Assembly: GCA_951812955.1 (NCBI GenBank)
Contig: OX638340.1
Coordinates: 256,001-320,000, forward strand
Source: an uncultured Gemmatimonadota bacterium
GTDB lineage: Bacteria > JAAXHH01
Reading direction: 5' to 3'
DNA: 64,000 nucleotides
A model generated the notes under the pieces. The model ran no database searches. It was not told the origin of the DNA and saw nothing but the letters and a program-made list of their open reading frames with translations. Both the position numbers and the translations under genes were made by a program. Of this stretch, positions 9,910-19,667 are shown piece by piece. Every line of letters begins with the position of its first letter. Positions within the stretch are counted from its first letter, which is position 1.

Positions 9910-11528
9910 ATGGTCATGAACTCCGATAACCCGCATCAGCCGGCACAAACAAGGCCATCAGCTTCGGGTGGATTCCTGGACGCCATAGAGCGGATCGGAA
10001 ATCGCCTGCCTGACCCCACGACGCTCTTCCTGGTCGGTGCACTGTTCATCGTCTTCCTCTCAGACATCGCGGCCCGCGGGGAGTGGACCGTAGTGCAGCG
10101 CCTGCCGGAACAGGTTATCCTGCAAGATGGATCGGCCGGTGTGGCGTGGCGCGAGACCGGGGAGACCTTCACGTCCACCAGCCTGCTCACCCGGGACGGG
10201 CTCTTCTGGGTCGTCGGCAACATGGTTGAGAATTTCATGCGCTTCCCGCCCCTCGGCGTTGTCCTCGTGGGCATGCTGGGCATCGGAGTGGCGGAACGGA
10301 CGGGGATGATCGCCACCGTGCTCAAGGCGTTCATGCTGGCGGTCCCGGGGAGGTTGCTGACTCCGGCCATGGTCTTCATCGGAATTATGTCGTCCCTTAC
10401 ACTGGACGCCGGATACGTCATACTTCCGCCCCTCGCGGCGGCGCTGTACAAGGCCGTGGGCCGGTCTCCGCTGGCCGGACTGGCCGCCGTATTCGCCGGC
10501 GTATCCGCGGGATTCAACGCCAATCTGTTCGTGACCGGGCTGGACCCCCTCCTGGCCGGTCTGTCCACGGCCGGGGCACAGACGATCGACGCGGCATACC
10601 AGGTTGCCGCCACGTGCAACTGGTATTTCATGATTGCGTCGACAGTAGTCATGACGCTGGTAGGGTGGCTCGTTACGGCCTGGTTCGTCGAAAGGCGCCT
10701 GGCGGGCAAGTCACCCGAGGAAGGCGGTCCGGCGCCCGCGACGTCGGCCGGACCGGAAGAACACGCTATGACGGCGGTGGAGAAGCGGGGCATGGTCCGG
10801 GCGTCCCTGGCGTTCTGCGTGGTGCTTTCGGCCATCGTGTTCCTGATTCTGTGGCCGGGCGCACCGCTGTACGGGACGGGCAGGTTGTTCGACCGCTGGG
10901 TGGAGGCCATCGTGCCCCTGCTTCTTTTCTGCTTCATCCTGCCCGGCATCGTGTATGGCATCTCGGTGGGCGCCATTAAGAACGACAAGGATGCGGCCCG
11001 CCTGCTCATAGAAACGATCGCCACCATGGCCCCGATCATCGTGCTTGCCTTCTTCGCCGCCCAGTTCATCGCCTACTTCCAGTATTCGGGTCTGGGCCGG
11101 ATGCTGGCGATGGCTGGCGGCCAGGCCCTCGGCCAGGCGCAGATGCCGGCGTGGATGCTGATCATCGCCTTCATCCTGGTCACCCTGGTGTTCAACCTGC
11201 TCATCGGGTCCATGTCGGCCAAGTACGCGCTCTTCGCGCCAATCTTCATACCCATGTTCATGATGGTGGGCATAAGCCCCGAACTGACGCAGGCGGCCTA
11301 CCGGATCGGCGACTCCGTGAGCAACACCATCACGCCGCTGAATCCCTACCTGGTGATCATCCTGGTCTTCATGCGCCAGTTTGTGCCCAGGGGGGCATGG
11401 GCACGCTGATTTCCACGATGCTCCCCTATACCGTGGTGTTTGCCGTCATCTGGACCCTTGTCCTCGTGATCTGGATGGCGATGGGCATCCCCCTCGGGCC
11501 GGCGGGCGGCCTGGTCTATGTCCCCTGA
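9910..11528 (+). pseudogene. AbgT family (p-aminobenzoyl-glutamate / MtrF-type) transporter, interrupted by a 1-bp frameshift in a G6 homopolymer
   Basis: The 9910..11409 ORF ends ...FMRQFVPRGAWAR*. The conserved AbgT C-terminus (GMGTLISTMLPYTVVFAVIW...) continues in the +1 frame to 11528. The G run at 11390-11395 has 6 G; 7 would restore the frame (..VPRGGMGTLIS..). Confidence 0.7.
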
Positions 11529-11594
11529 ACAGGCGTATACGTCGGATTTTAGGCGCCGTTCGAGCGCTGAACGGCCGTTGAGGCAGCGTGATGG

Positions 11595-13019
11595 TCACGG
11601 ATTTTCTGTCTTCGCCGCCGCATTCGAGCGCCGGCGCAGGTACAGGTAGGCAGGGATGCCGAGGGCAATCAGGGCGAGGCCCGATATGGACTCAACGGGG
11701 GTTTCGAAGAGCATGTTGGCGAGAATGCCGGCGGAACCGGCGATGAACAGCAGGGGAACGGCCGGGTAGCCCCAGGCTTTGTAGGGCCTGGGCAGGTCGG
11801 GCTGTTTCCTGCGCAGGGTGAATACCGCGGCCGCCCCGGCGATCCACAGCATGAGATTGGCGAAGGTGACAAAGGTAATCAGGTCTTCGAACGTACCGCT
11901 GAGGGTGAGCACGCATGCCCATGCGGCCTGAAAAATCACTGCCTGACCCGGTGTGCGGTACCTCGGATGTACCGTGCCCGCCCGTTTGAAGAACAGCCCG
12001 TCCCGCGCCATGGCGAAATAGACACGGGGTCCCACCAGGATGCTGGCGTTCAGCGCGCCGACGATGGACACGATGACGGCAGCCGAGATCAGTACGGCGC
12101 CCGTTTCTCCGAAGAGGGCGTTGGCAGCCACTTCACCGACCCGGACGATCCCGGCCATTTCCCCTACCGGCATGGCCTTCAGGTAGATGTAGTTCACCAG
12201 CAGATAGACCACGGTGACGCTCGCGGTGCCCACGACGAGAGCCCGGGGCAGGTTTCGCGCCGGGTCCCTGACCTCTCCCGCTACGAAGGTAACTTCCTCC
12301 CATCCGGCGAAGGCCCAGGCGACGGCGATAAGGGCGACGCCGAAAGCGACCACCAGTTGCCCGAAGTCAATATCCTGCGGGTTGATCCTGAAGTCGATGG
12401 GCTGTGTGGACCCGCTCCAGAGTCCGAACAGGATGAACAAACCGAGCGCGGCGACCTTGATCACCGAGGACACGTTGGTGATGTGCTTGCTGAAGGTGAC
12501 GCCCCGGTAATTTACGACCGTAAGCAGGACGACCAGGGCCAGTGCCGTGACGTGGCCGGCGGAAAGGGAATACTGAAACGTCCAGCCTGGAAGGGCGATT
12601 TCGGTTTCGAAGAATACGTTGGCCATCCCGAAGGAGGGGATGAAGTACCCGGCGTATTCTGCGAATCCCACGGCGAGCGCGGCGATGATTCCGGTCAGGT
12701 ACATGGTGAAGGACACCCAGCCGAAGAGGAATCCGCAGAACGGACCGTAAGCTTCCCGGAGATATACGTACTGGCCGCCGGCCCTGGGCATGGCGGCTCC
12801 GAGCTCGGAGTAGGCCAGCGCGCCGGCGAGGGCGTGCAGTCCGCCGAACAGCCAGGCAAGGAGTATGAGCGAGGCCGAGGGTATGCCCCGGGCCATCAGG
12901 CCGGTGGTGAGGAAAATCCCCGAACCGATCACGATGCCGATAATGATCATCGTGGTGTCGAAAAGACCGAGCTGGCGGACCAGGCCAGTCTTTTCTTTTT
13001 GATCGCTCGGAATTGCCAT
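11595..13019 (-). CDS. APC superfamily amino acid permease
   Basis: 474 aa with 12 predicted TM segments. The N-terminal block GLFDTTMIIIGIVIGSGIF is typical of amino acid/polyamine permeases. Confidence 0.85.
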   Translation of the reverse strand: MAIPSDQKEKTGLVRQLGLFDTTMIIIGIVIGSGIFLTTGLMARGIPSASLILLAWLFGGLHALAGALAYSELGAAMPRAGGQYVYLREAYGPFCGFLFGWVSFTMYLTGIIAALAVGFAEYAGYFIPSFGMANVFFETEIALPGWTFQYSLSAGHVTALALVVLLTVVNYRGVTFSKHITNVSSVIKVAALGLFILFGLWSGSTQPIDFRINPQDIDFGQLVVAFGVALIAVAWAFAGWEEVTFVAGEVRDPARNLPRALVVGTASVTVVYLLVNYIYLKAMPVGEMAGIVRVGEVAANALFGETGAVLISAAVIVSIVGALNASILVGPRVYFAMARDGLFFKRAGTVHPRYRTPGQAVIFQAAWACVLTLSGTFEDLITFVTFANLMLWIAGAAAVFTLRRKQPDLPRPYKAWGYPAVPLLFIAGSAGILANMLFETPVESISGLALIALGIPAYLYLRRRSNAAAKTENP

Positions 13020-13057
13020 ATATTGAGAATAGGGGACGTTCCGCGGGGTGGCCGCAC

Positions 13058-13969
13058 ATGGATGCGATCACGGCCCAGGCGGGCATATGGAAGTGGAAAG
13101 CGAACCTCCATGTTACGGGGACGGTTCGCCTAAGTCAAGGTGGGATTGCTGCAGGAAGGAAACCTCGATTGAACGATACGGCGCTGGACCTCATCGACTC
13201 GACGACCTACCCCATTCACCGGCCAGGATCGGCCACGTACAGCGCACTTGTCGCAAGGTGCAGGGATGATCTGGCGGACCGAAGCGCCTGCCTGTTGCCC
13301 GGATTCGTCACGGAGGAGGCCAGGGTACGGATGGTGGCCGAGGTGGACCGTGCCGCGCCCAGCGCTTTTCCTTGCCGGAACGCCCATAACGTATACCTCG
13401 AGGAGCACGACGGCGCCTTTCCGCCCGACCACCCCCGGCGAAGGCTCCAGGCAACGGACCTGGACTCGGTCGCCTTCGATCAGATGCGTCCCACAGACGG
13501 TCTGCACCAGTTGTATTCCTGGGATCCGCTCCTTTCCTTCATAGCCGACGTCCTCAACAAGGAACACTATTACAGGATGGCCGACCCCTTTGCCGCGCTG
13601 ACGGTTAACGTCATGCGAGAGGGACAGAACCACGGCTGGCATTTCGACGAGTCCGAGGCTACGACTACCCTGATGGTACAGGCGCCCGAAGAAGGCGGCG
13701 CATTTGAGTACGCACCGAACGTCCGTCCGGAGGAAGGCGGGTCATACGATACCGTGGAACGGGTGCTGCGCGGCAGCTATCCGGACGTACGTACACTCGC
13801 CGTGAAGCCCGGTACGCTGATCCTCTTCGTCGGCTACCATTCCATGCACCAGGTGACACCGGTCAAGGGTCCGGTTACCCGGTATGTCGCCACGCTCTGC
13901 TATAAGGACCGGCCCAATGTCTGCAACAGCCCCGAGGTACAGAAGCTGTTCTACGGTCGGACGGCATGA
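13058..13969 (+). CDS. Putative Fe(II)/2-oxoglutarate-dependent oxygenase (prolyl-4-hydroxylase-like jelly-roll)
   Basis: HxD...H arrangement (GWHFDESEATTTLMV ... EGGAFEY ... YHSMHQV) resembling the 2OG-FeII_Oxy_3 pattern. Start taken at MDAIT; the ORF opens at 13013, overlapping the divergent permease start. Confidence 0.45.
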   Translation: MDAITAQAGIWKWKANLHVTGTVRLSQGGIAAGRKPRLNDTALDLIDSTTYPIHRPGSATYSALVARCRDDLADRSACLLPGFVTEEARVRMVAEVDRAAPSAFPCRNAHNVYLEEHDGAFPPDHPRRRLQATDLDSVAFDQMRPTDGLHQLYSWDPLLSFIADVLNKEHYYRMADPFAALTVNVMREGQNHGWHFDESEATTTLMVQAPEEGGAFEYAPNVRPEEGGSYDTVERVLRGSYPDVRTLAVKPGTLILFVGYHSMHQVTPVKGPVTRYVATLCYKDRPNVCNSPEVQKLFYGRTA

Positions 13970-13999
13970 CGAAGGGAGTTTACGGGAAGAAGGTCGTTT

Positions 14000-15307
14000 T
14001 TGGAGATCGCTCAAGGACCAGGAGGTGGACCATTGCACGCAGTGATCATTGGGAACGGCGTAACAGGGGTAACAGCCGCCACGCGGCTCCGGCAGCTTCA
14101 GCCCGACTGGAAGGTCACGCTGGTATCGGGTGAATCGGCCTTCCACTATTCCCGCCCCGCACTCATGTACATCTTCATGGGGCACATGACCTACGAGGCG
14201 ACGAAACCCTTCGAGGACAGTTTCTGGCGAGACCAGCGGCTGGACCTGGTCCGAGACTGGGTCACCGCCATCGATATCGACGACAGGCAACTGGTTCTAC
14301 ACCGGAACGGACGCCTGCCCTACGACCGTCTGCTGATCGCCACCGGCGCCAAATCGAACAAGTTCGGATGGCCGGGCCAGGACCTCGATGGCGTCCAGGG
14401 CCTGTACAACCTGAAAGACCTGCATCAACTGTATAAAAACGCCGAACGGGCCAGTCACGCGGTCATCGTCGGCGGCGGGCTGATCGGCATCGAACTCGCC
14501 GAGATGCTGCATTCGAGGCATATCCACGTCACGTTTCTCATACGCGAGCCCTCCTACTGGCGCAACATCCTGCCCATGGAAGAATCGGGCATGCTGAACC
14601 GGCTGATCGAGGAGCAGGGCATCGGCCTGATCAAGGAGACCAACCTGAAGGAAATCGTGGACGACGGCACAGGAAAGGTCGAAGCGGTCATTACCGAGTT
14701 CGACGACCGGATCGACTGCCAGCTGGTCGGTCTGACGCCGGGTGTTTCGCCCAACACGGACCTGGTCAAGTCGACGCCCATCGAAACGGGGCGGGGCGTC
14801 CTGGTCGACAACGCGTTCCGTACGAACATACCCGACATCTACGCCGCCGGGGACTGTGCGGAAATCGTCAGCCGGAACGGGGGACGCAACCTGATCCAGC
14901 AGGTCTGGTACACGGGCAAGAAGCAGGGCAAGGTCGCCGGTGAGGTGCTGGCCGGACAGGATACGGAGTACGACCCTGGGATCTGGTACAATTCGGCCAA
15001 GTTCTTCGACCTGGAGTACCAGACCTACGGCATGATTCTGAATACGCCCCAGCCCGGAGAGCGCCACCTTTTCTGGGAACATCCATCCCATCGCCACGCC
15101 GTCCGCATCGTCGGCGTCGACGGGTGCATCAAGGCATTCAATTTCATGGGGATCAGGGCCCGCCACGAAGTATGTGAGCGGTGGATTGCCGAGCGGCGTA
15201 CCGTGGAGTACGTCCTGGACCACCTGGAAGAAGCCAACTTCGATCCGGAGTTTTTCGTCCGCCACGAGTCGGAGATCGTTCGCTCATTAAAGGAGCAACT
15301 CGCATGA
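14000..15307 (+). CDS. FAD-dependent pyridine nucleotide-disulfide oxidoreductase family protein, ferredoxin/rubredoxin-reductase-like
   Basis: Two GxGxxG dinucleotide folds (IIGNGVTGVTAA and VIVGGGLIGIELAE), ...YSRPAL... like the PY.RPpLSK motif of ferredoxin reductases, and AAGDCAE. Confidence 0.75.
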   Translation: MEIAQGPGGGPLHAVIIGNGVTGVTAATRLRQLQPDWKVTLVSGESAFHYSRPALMYIFMGHMTYEATKPFEDSFWRDQRLDLVRDWVTAIDIDDRQLVLHRNGRLPYDRLLIATGAKSNKFGWPGQDLDGVQGLYNLKDLHQLYKNAERASHAVIVGGGLIGIELAEMLHSRHIHVTFLIREPSYWRNILPMEESGMLNRLIEEQGIGLIKETNLKEIVDDGTGKVEAVITEFDDRIDCQLVGLTPGVSPNTDLVKSTPIETGRGVLVDNAFRTNIPDIYAAGDCAEIVSRNGGRNLIQQVWYTGKKQGKVAGEVLAGQDTEYDPGIWYNSAKFFDLEYQTYGMILNTPQPGERHLFWEHPSHRHAVRIVGVDGCIKAFNFMGIRARHEVCERWIAERRTVEYVLDHLEEANFDPEFFVRHESEIVRSLKEQLA

Positions 15308-16758
15308 GCACACCGCCCGCTGCACCGACGTTGATCGATCCGGAATCCATTTCGTACTTCTACGACGAGGAGGCCGAAGGGTTCGGCGAGCCCGAGTCCG
15401 CGGCGGAGGCGCCCAGGAACCCGGGCATGATGGTCTCCGCCGGCGTGATCGGGCTGGGTTTCCTCGCGCTCGTCGTATCCCTGCTCGGTATGCCGCTCTC
15501 AGGCGCCTGGACGCCCTTCCTGCTGTCCTTCGGCCTGCTGTCTGCCGGAACCATCGGTTACGTCTGGTTCACGTACAGGGACACGGTGCCCGGTATCAAG
15601 CACGACGGCATCATGTTCGGAAACACGACACACCGCGGCGCCATCGCCTGGGCGCTGGGCATCGCGCTCACCGGGTTCTACGTCGTACTGTACTGGTGGC
15701 CCGAATACCTGTCGCGTGCCATCGCGCTCGTTGAGCCGCTGTCGCAGGTCCTGGCGGGGCAGCCGGCGAACCAGTGGTTTCTATACGGGTTTCTCTACAC
15801 GATGGCCGTGGTGCTCTTCGGATTCCGCATGTTCATGCGTTACCGCCACAACCGTTATCACATCATCCGAACGATTTCGGTCATGTTCTTTCAACTGGTC
15901 CTGGCCTTCGTCCTTCCCCAGTTCCTCCGCGCGCTGAACGAACCGGAGTTCTACTTCAGCTACTTCTGGCCCCTGAAGTACGACTACCTGTTCCCCGGTA
16001 CCGTGGATTACCTGGTCAACAGCCCGGGCGCCCTGGGTTCGTTCATGGTGTTCTGGGGGGTGGCCTGCACGTTTATCGCCACGCCCGTGCTGACCTATTT
16101 CTACGGCAAGCGGTGGTACTGTTCCTGGGTATGCGGCTGCGGCGGGCTCGCCGAAACCCTCGGCGACCCCTGGCGGCACCTGACGCCCAAATCGACCGTA
16201 TCGTGGAAAATCGAACGGGCGATCATTTACGCGGTGCTCCTGCTCATCATCGCGACGACGGCCGTGCTCTGGGTGAGCAGCACGTCCGAAGGCGCGCTGA
16301 GCGCCATTTCCGCTCCGTTGAAACAGTGGTACGGTTTCTACATCGGCGCGGTCTTCGCCGGGGTCATCGGAGTAGGGTTCTATCCCATACTCGGCAATCG
16401 GGTCTGGTGCCGCTTCGGGTGCCCGATGGCCGCGGTGCTGGGCATCATCCAGCGCTTCTTCTCCCGGTTCCGAATCACAACCAACGGCGGGCAGTGCATG
16501 TCCTGCGGTAACTGCACGACCTATTGCGAAATGGGCATCGACGTGCGGGCCTATGCGGAGCGCGGCGAGAATATCGTCCGGTCTTCCTGCGTGGGATGCG
16601 GGGTCTGTTCGGCCGTGTGTCCCCGGGGCGTGCTCAAGCTCGAGAACGGCATGTCCCACGGAGACCGCTACCCGGGGTCCGACAAACCGCTGAGCGCTTT
16701 CTCCGAGGCCGTCAGCAAGGGCGCCAGGGTCTACGGCGACCGCGATGGCTACGTATAG
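15304..16758 (+). CDS. Polytopic membrane protein with C-terminal 2x[4Fe-4S] ferredoxin domain (NapH/MauN-like polyferredoxin)
   Basis: The start ATG overlaps the upstream stop (ATGA at 15304-15307). Multiple TM helices; CSWVCGCGG, then CMSCGNCTTYCEMG and CVGCGVCSAVCPRG (CxxCxxCxxxCP). Confidence 0.7.
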   Translation: MSTPPAAPTLIDPESISYFYDEEAEGFGEPESAAEAPRNPGMMVSAGVIGLGFLALVVSLLGMPLSGAWTPFLLSFGLLSAGTIGYVWFTYRDTVPGIKHDGIMFGNTTHRGAIAWALGIALTGFYVVLYWWPEYLSRAIALVEPLSQVLAGQPANQWFLYGFLYTMAVVLFGFRMFMRYRHNRYHIIRTISVMFFQLVLAFVLPQFLRALNEPEFYFSYFWPLKYDYLFPGTVDYLVNSPGALGSFMVFWGVACTFIATPVLTYFYGKRWYCSWVCGCGGLAETLGDPWRHLTPKSTVSWKIERAIIYAVLLLIIATTAVLWVSSTSEGALSAISAPLKQWYGFYIGAVFAGVIGVGFYPILGNRVWCRFGCPMAAVLGIIQRFFSRFRITTNGGQCMSCGNCTTYCEMGIDVRAYAERGENIVRSSCVGCGVCSAVCPRGVLKLENGMSHGDRYPGSDKPLSAFSEAVSKGARVYGDRDGYV

Positions 16759-16788
16759 TGGCCTTGCAGTACAGGGCGCCACCCTGTA

Positions 16789-17694
16789 CTACCTGACCAG
16801 GAAAATAACCACCGCGACCGTGACGATGCTGCAGATGGTGGACAGGAACACGGCGTTGGCCGCGAAATCCTCCCGGCTGCCGAATTCCATCGCGATCAGC
16901 ACGGTATTGATCGCGGTTGGATAACTGGTGGATACAACCAGGATCGGGGCGATTCTGGGATCGATGTCCAGCAGGAGCACGAGGCCGTAGCCGATCAGGG
17001 GAGAGACCAGCAGACGGCAGACCAGGGACGCCAGGCTGGCTTTCCACTCCAGCGTGATGGGGGTCCGGGCCAGCTGCATGCCCAGGGTGACCAGAGCCAT
17101 GGGAACGAGCGCTTCGGCCAGGTACTCGATCGGAAGCCAGATAAAGCCCGGGAGCTGCAGGCCGTAGTTCCGGATCGCGAAGGCCAGGATCAGCGCATAG
17201 ACGAATGGCATCTTGAAGGACTGCAGGAAGGCTCTCCGGGCGGACAGGCGTCCAATCGAAACGAAGAACAACCCCAGGGTGAAAACCAGAAAGTTCTGGA
17301 CGGCCAGGACGATGGACTGGACGGCCAGGCCCAGGGAGGGAAAAGACAGTTCACTGGCCGGAAAGCCGTAATTCCCGCTGTTGTAATACATGACGGACAG
17401 GCTGAAGGCCTGTTTCATGTCATTCCGGTACCGCATGACCAGGGATCCGATCACACTGAGCACGTAAAGCGCGACCAGCATGAGCAGGCAGAATACGGCG
17501 GTGTCCCATACGAATTCGGAGGAAAGCTCAGACTGGGTGAGGGATACGACGAGCGTAGCGGGCATGACTAGGTACAGCAGTATCCGCGTCAGGGCCTGCA
17601 GGTCGAACCGCCATTTTTTCTGGAACAGGTACCCGAGCGAAATGAGAACGAAAATCGGGGCGATGATGTCGATCAGGATGTTCAGAAATGGCAT
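16789..17694 (-). CDS. AEC (auxin efflux carrier) family transporter
   Basis: 301 aa, about 10 TM. N-terminus MPFLNILIDIIAPIFVLISLGY is typical of AEC/malonate-type permeases. Confidence 0.8.
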   Translation of the reverse strand: MPFLNILIDIIAPIFVLISLGYLFQKKWRFDLQALTRILLYLVMPATLVVSLTQSELSSEFVWDTAVFCLLMLVALYVLSVIGSLVMRYRNDMKQAFSLSVMYYNSGNYGFPASELSFPSLGLAVQSIVLAVQNFLVFTLGLFFVSIGRLSARRAFLQSFKMPFVYALILAFAIRNYGLQLPGFIWLPIEYLAEALVPMALVTLGMQLARTPITLEWKASLASLVCRLLVSPLIGYGLVLLLDIDPRIAPILVVSTSYPTAINTVLIAMEFGSREDFAANAVFLSTICSIVTVAVVIFLVR

Positions 17695-17755
17695 CGGATC
17701 GCCAGGGAAGGGGTCAGGACAGGTTAAGGTGGAGAGCTCGCGCCGATGTCAGCTT

Positions 17756-18538
17756 TCACGCAAAAGGATCGAAGCGGCCGTCCGCCGCCGTCCACCCCCC
17801 GTCGACGAACATGACGGAACCCGTGGTGTATGAGCTGGCGTCAGAGGCCAGGTAGAGGACGGCCCCCGCGATTTCCTCCGGTTTGGCCCATCGCCGGAGC
17901 ATGGTCTTGTCGGCGTATGCGCCGTACCAGTCCGGCTGCCGTTTGATCTGGGCCGTCAGCGGCGTATCCACGACGCCGGGGGCGATTGCGTTGGCCCGTA
18001 CGCCCTTGTCGGCGAGTTCGGCCGCCAACGCGCGGATCATGAGGACCACGCCGGACTTGGTCGCTGCGTAGACGCCCTGTCCGGGCTCCACCACCTGGGA
18101 CCGGATACTCGAGAAAACGATGATGCTGCCTCCGCCGTTTTCAGACATGGACCGTGCAGTTTCACGTACGAGGCGGAAGGTTCCCTTCAGGTTGAGATCG
18201 ACGACCCGGTCGTATTCCTCGTCCGTGTAGTCGAGAAGCTTTTTTCGAATGTTGACGCCAGGCGTGCTGACGAGGGCGTCGGGGGGAGAAATCCGATCAA
18301 GCACCTGCTGGATCTGTCCGGTATCCCGCATATCGAGCGCGACCGCTTCGGCCGATTCACCGTGTGCGCGAATCTCGTCGGATACGGAGTCCGCCGCCTC
18401 CTCCCGCACGTCCGCGCAGACCACGTGTGCGCCGAACTGGGCGAGGCACATGGCAGAGCACCGGCCGATGCCGCTGCCGGCGCCGACGACCAGCGCGTTT
18501 CGGCCCGTCATATCGAAGAGGTTCTTGTAGTCGGCCAT
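17756..18538 (-). CDS. SDR family short-chain dehydrogenase/reductase
   Basis: TGRNALVVGAGSGIGR (TGxxxGxG), a YAATK catalytic Y-x-x-x-K, and PGVVDTP. Confidence 0.9.
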   Translation of the reverse strand: MADYKNLFDMTGRNALVVGAGSGIGRCSAMCLAQFGAHVVCADVREEAADSVSDEIRAHGESAEAVALDMRDTGQIQQVLDRISPPDALVSTPGVNIRKKLLDYTDEEYDRVVDLNLKGTFRLVRETARSMSENGGGSIIVFSSIRSQVVEPGQGVYAATKSGVVLMIRALAAELADKGVRANAIAPGVVDTPLTAQIKRQPDWYGAYADKTMLRRWAKPEEIAGAVLYLASDASSYTTGSVMFVDGGWTAADGRFDPFA

Positions 18539-18753
18539 GTAGGGTCTCGGGTTATCGATGATTACGTCCTGCCGTGCGTCATGTTGGCCGGTCGATCCGG
18601 GATCCGGTGGACCAGCGGAACGGCCACTATCTTAGAGTGAGGGTCCGCCCCTGTCAAGAGGTTCGGTCCCGAACGGGTTGGGCGTTTAGTGTCGAATGAA
18701 GCAAGTATGCTCCAATGGAACCAGGGGCACGGAACTGCCTGGGGAGGAAGGTA

Positions 18754-19644
18754 ATGACCGGGAAAACGCTCATTGTCGCGAATCCGAAATCGGGGTGCGG
18801 GCGTGGCGTGACCTACGCGGAGCGGGTACGGGAATTGTTGGCTGCGAACCAGGTGTCCGCCGAAATCCGCCACACATCGACCCGGGGCGAGGCGGAGACC
18901 ATCGCGGCGGAAGCCGTGCGCACCGGGTATTCCTGCGTCGCCGCGTGCGGCGGCGACGGGACCGTGCACGAAGTAGTGAACGCACTGGCTGGAACGGATG
19001 TCAACCTCTGCATCCTTCCCTGCGGGCGCGGAAACGATTTCGCCCGGGCGATCGGTATCCCTGCCTCACCCGAAAAGGCGGCATCCATTCTACTTCAGAG
19101 CCATGTCAGGCCCTTCGACCTGGGAAAGGTGAACAACCGGTACTTCGCGACAGTGGTGACGCTGGGATTCGATTCGGAGGTGGCCAGGCTGGTCTATGAC
19201 GGCGAAGTGCCGCTCAAGGGCATGGCAGCCTACCTCTGGGGCCTGGCGCGTATGCTGCGTATTTACCGGGGCGTGGATCTGCGCATGTCCGGCGATTTCG
19301 GTACGATTAATCAAACGGTCCTGCTGGCGGCCACCGGGAACACCAGCACTTACGGCGGCGGGATAAAGATCGTGCCGAATGCCAGTCCGACGGACGGGGA
19401 ACTCGATGTCTGCCTCGTGCGCATGATGAGCCCGAGCCGTGTCCTGCGCATATTTCCAAGGGTCTACTGGGGCGGCCACCTGAATCACCCCAGCATCTTC
19501 TCGTACAGGACGGGTAGTTTGAAAATGGAAACGGAACAGCCGGTTGTGCTGTTCGCCGACGGCGAACCCATTGGCGAGACGCCCGCGGAGATCAGGTCCG
19601 CGCCCGGCGCGCTGCGGGTAGTGTGCCCGGACCCTGCGGCCTGA
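18754..19644 (+). CDS. Diacylglycerol kinase catalytic-domain lipid kinase (YegS/BmrU-like)
   Basis: N-terminus ...LIVANPKSGCGRG... with a GGDGTV motif. GGAGGAAGG sits 5 nt upstream of ATG 18754. Confidence 0.8.
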   Translation: MTGKTLIVANPKSGCGRGVTYAERVRELLAANQVSAEIRHTSTRGEAETIAAEAVRTGYSCVAACGGDGTVHEVVNALAGTDVNLCILPCGRGNDFARAIGIPASPEKAASILLQSHVRPFDLGKVNNRYFATVVTLGFDSEVARLVYDGEVPLKGMAAYLWGLARMLRIYRGVDLRMSGDFGTINQTVLLAATGNTSTYGGGIKIVPNASPTDGELDVCLVRMMSPSRVLRIFPRVYWGGHLNHPSIFSYRTGSLKMETEQPVVLFADGEPIGETPAEIRSAPGALRVVCPDPAA

Positions 19645-19667
19645 ACGGCGTACTGGATTCTACTGCG

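Noticed and set aside
11386-11396. Programmed ribosomal frameshift in the AbgT gene.
   Set aside because: The site is a simple G homopolymer near the 3' end with no slippery heptamer or stimulatory structure. A sequencing indel or pseudogene is far more likely.
11545-11575. The GCCGTTC-gagcgct-GAACGGC hairpin between the convergent AbgT and APC permease genes as a bidirectional terminator.
   Set aside because: The stem is plausible, but there is no T-run on either strand after it. It is left uncalled.
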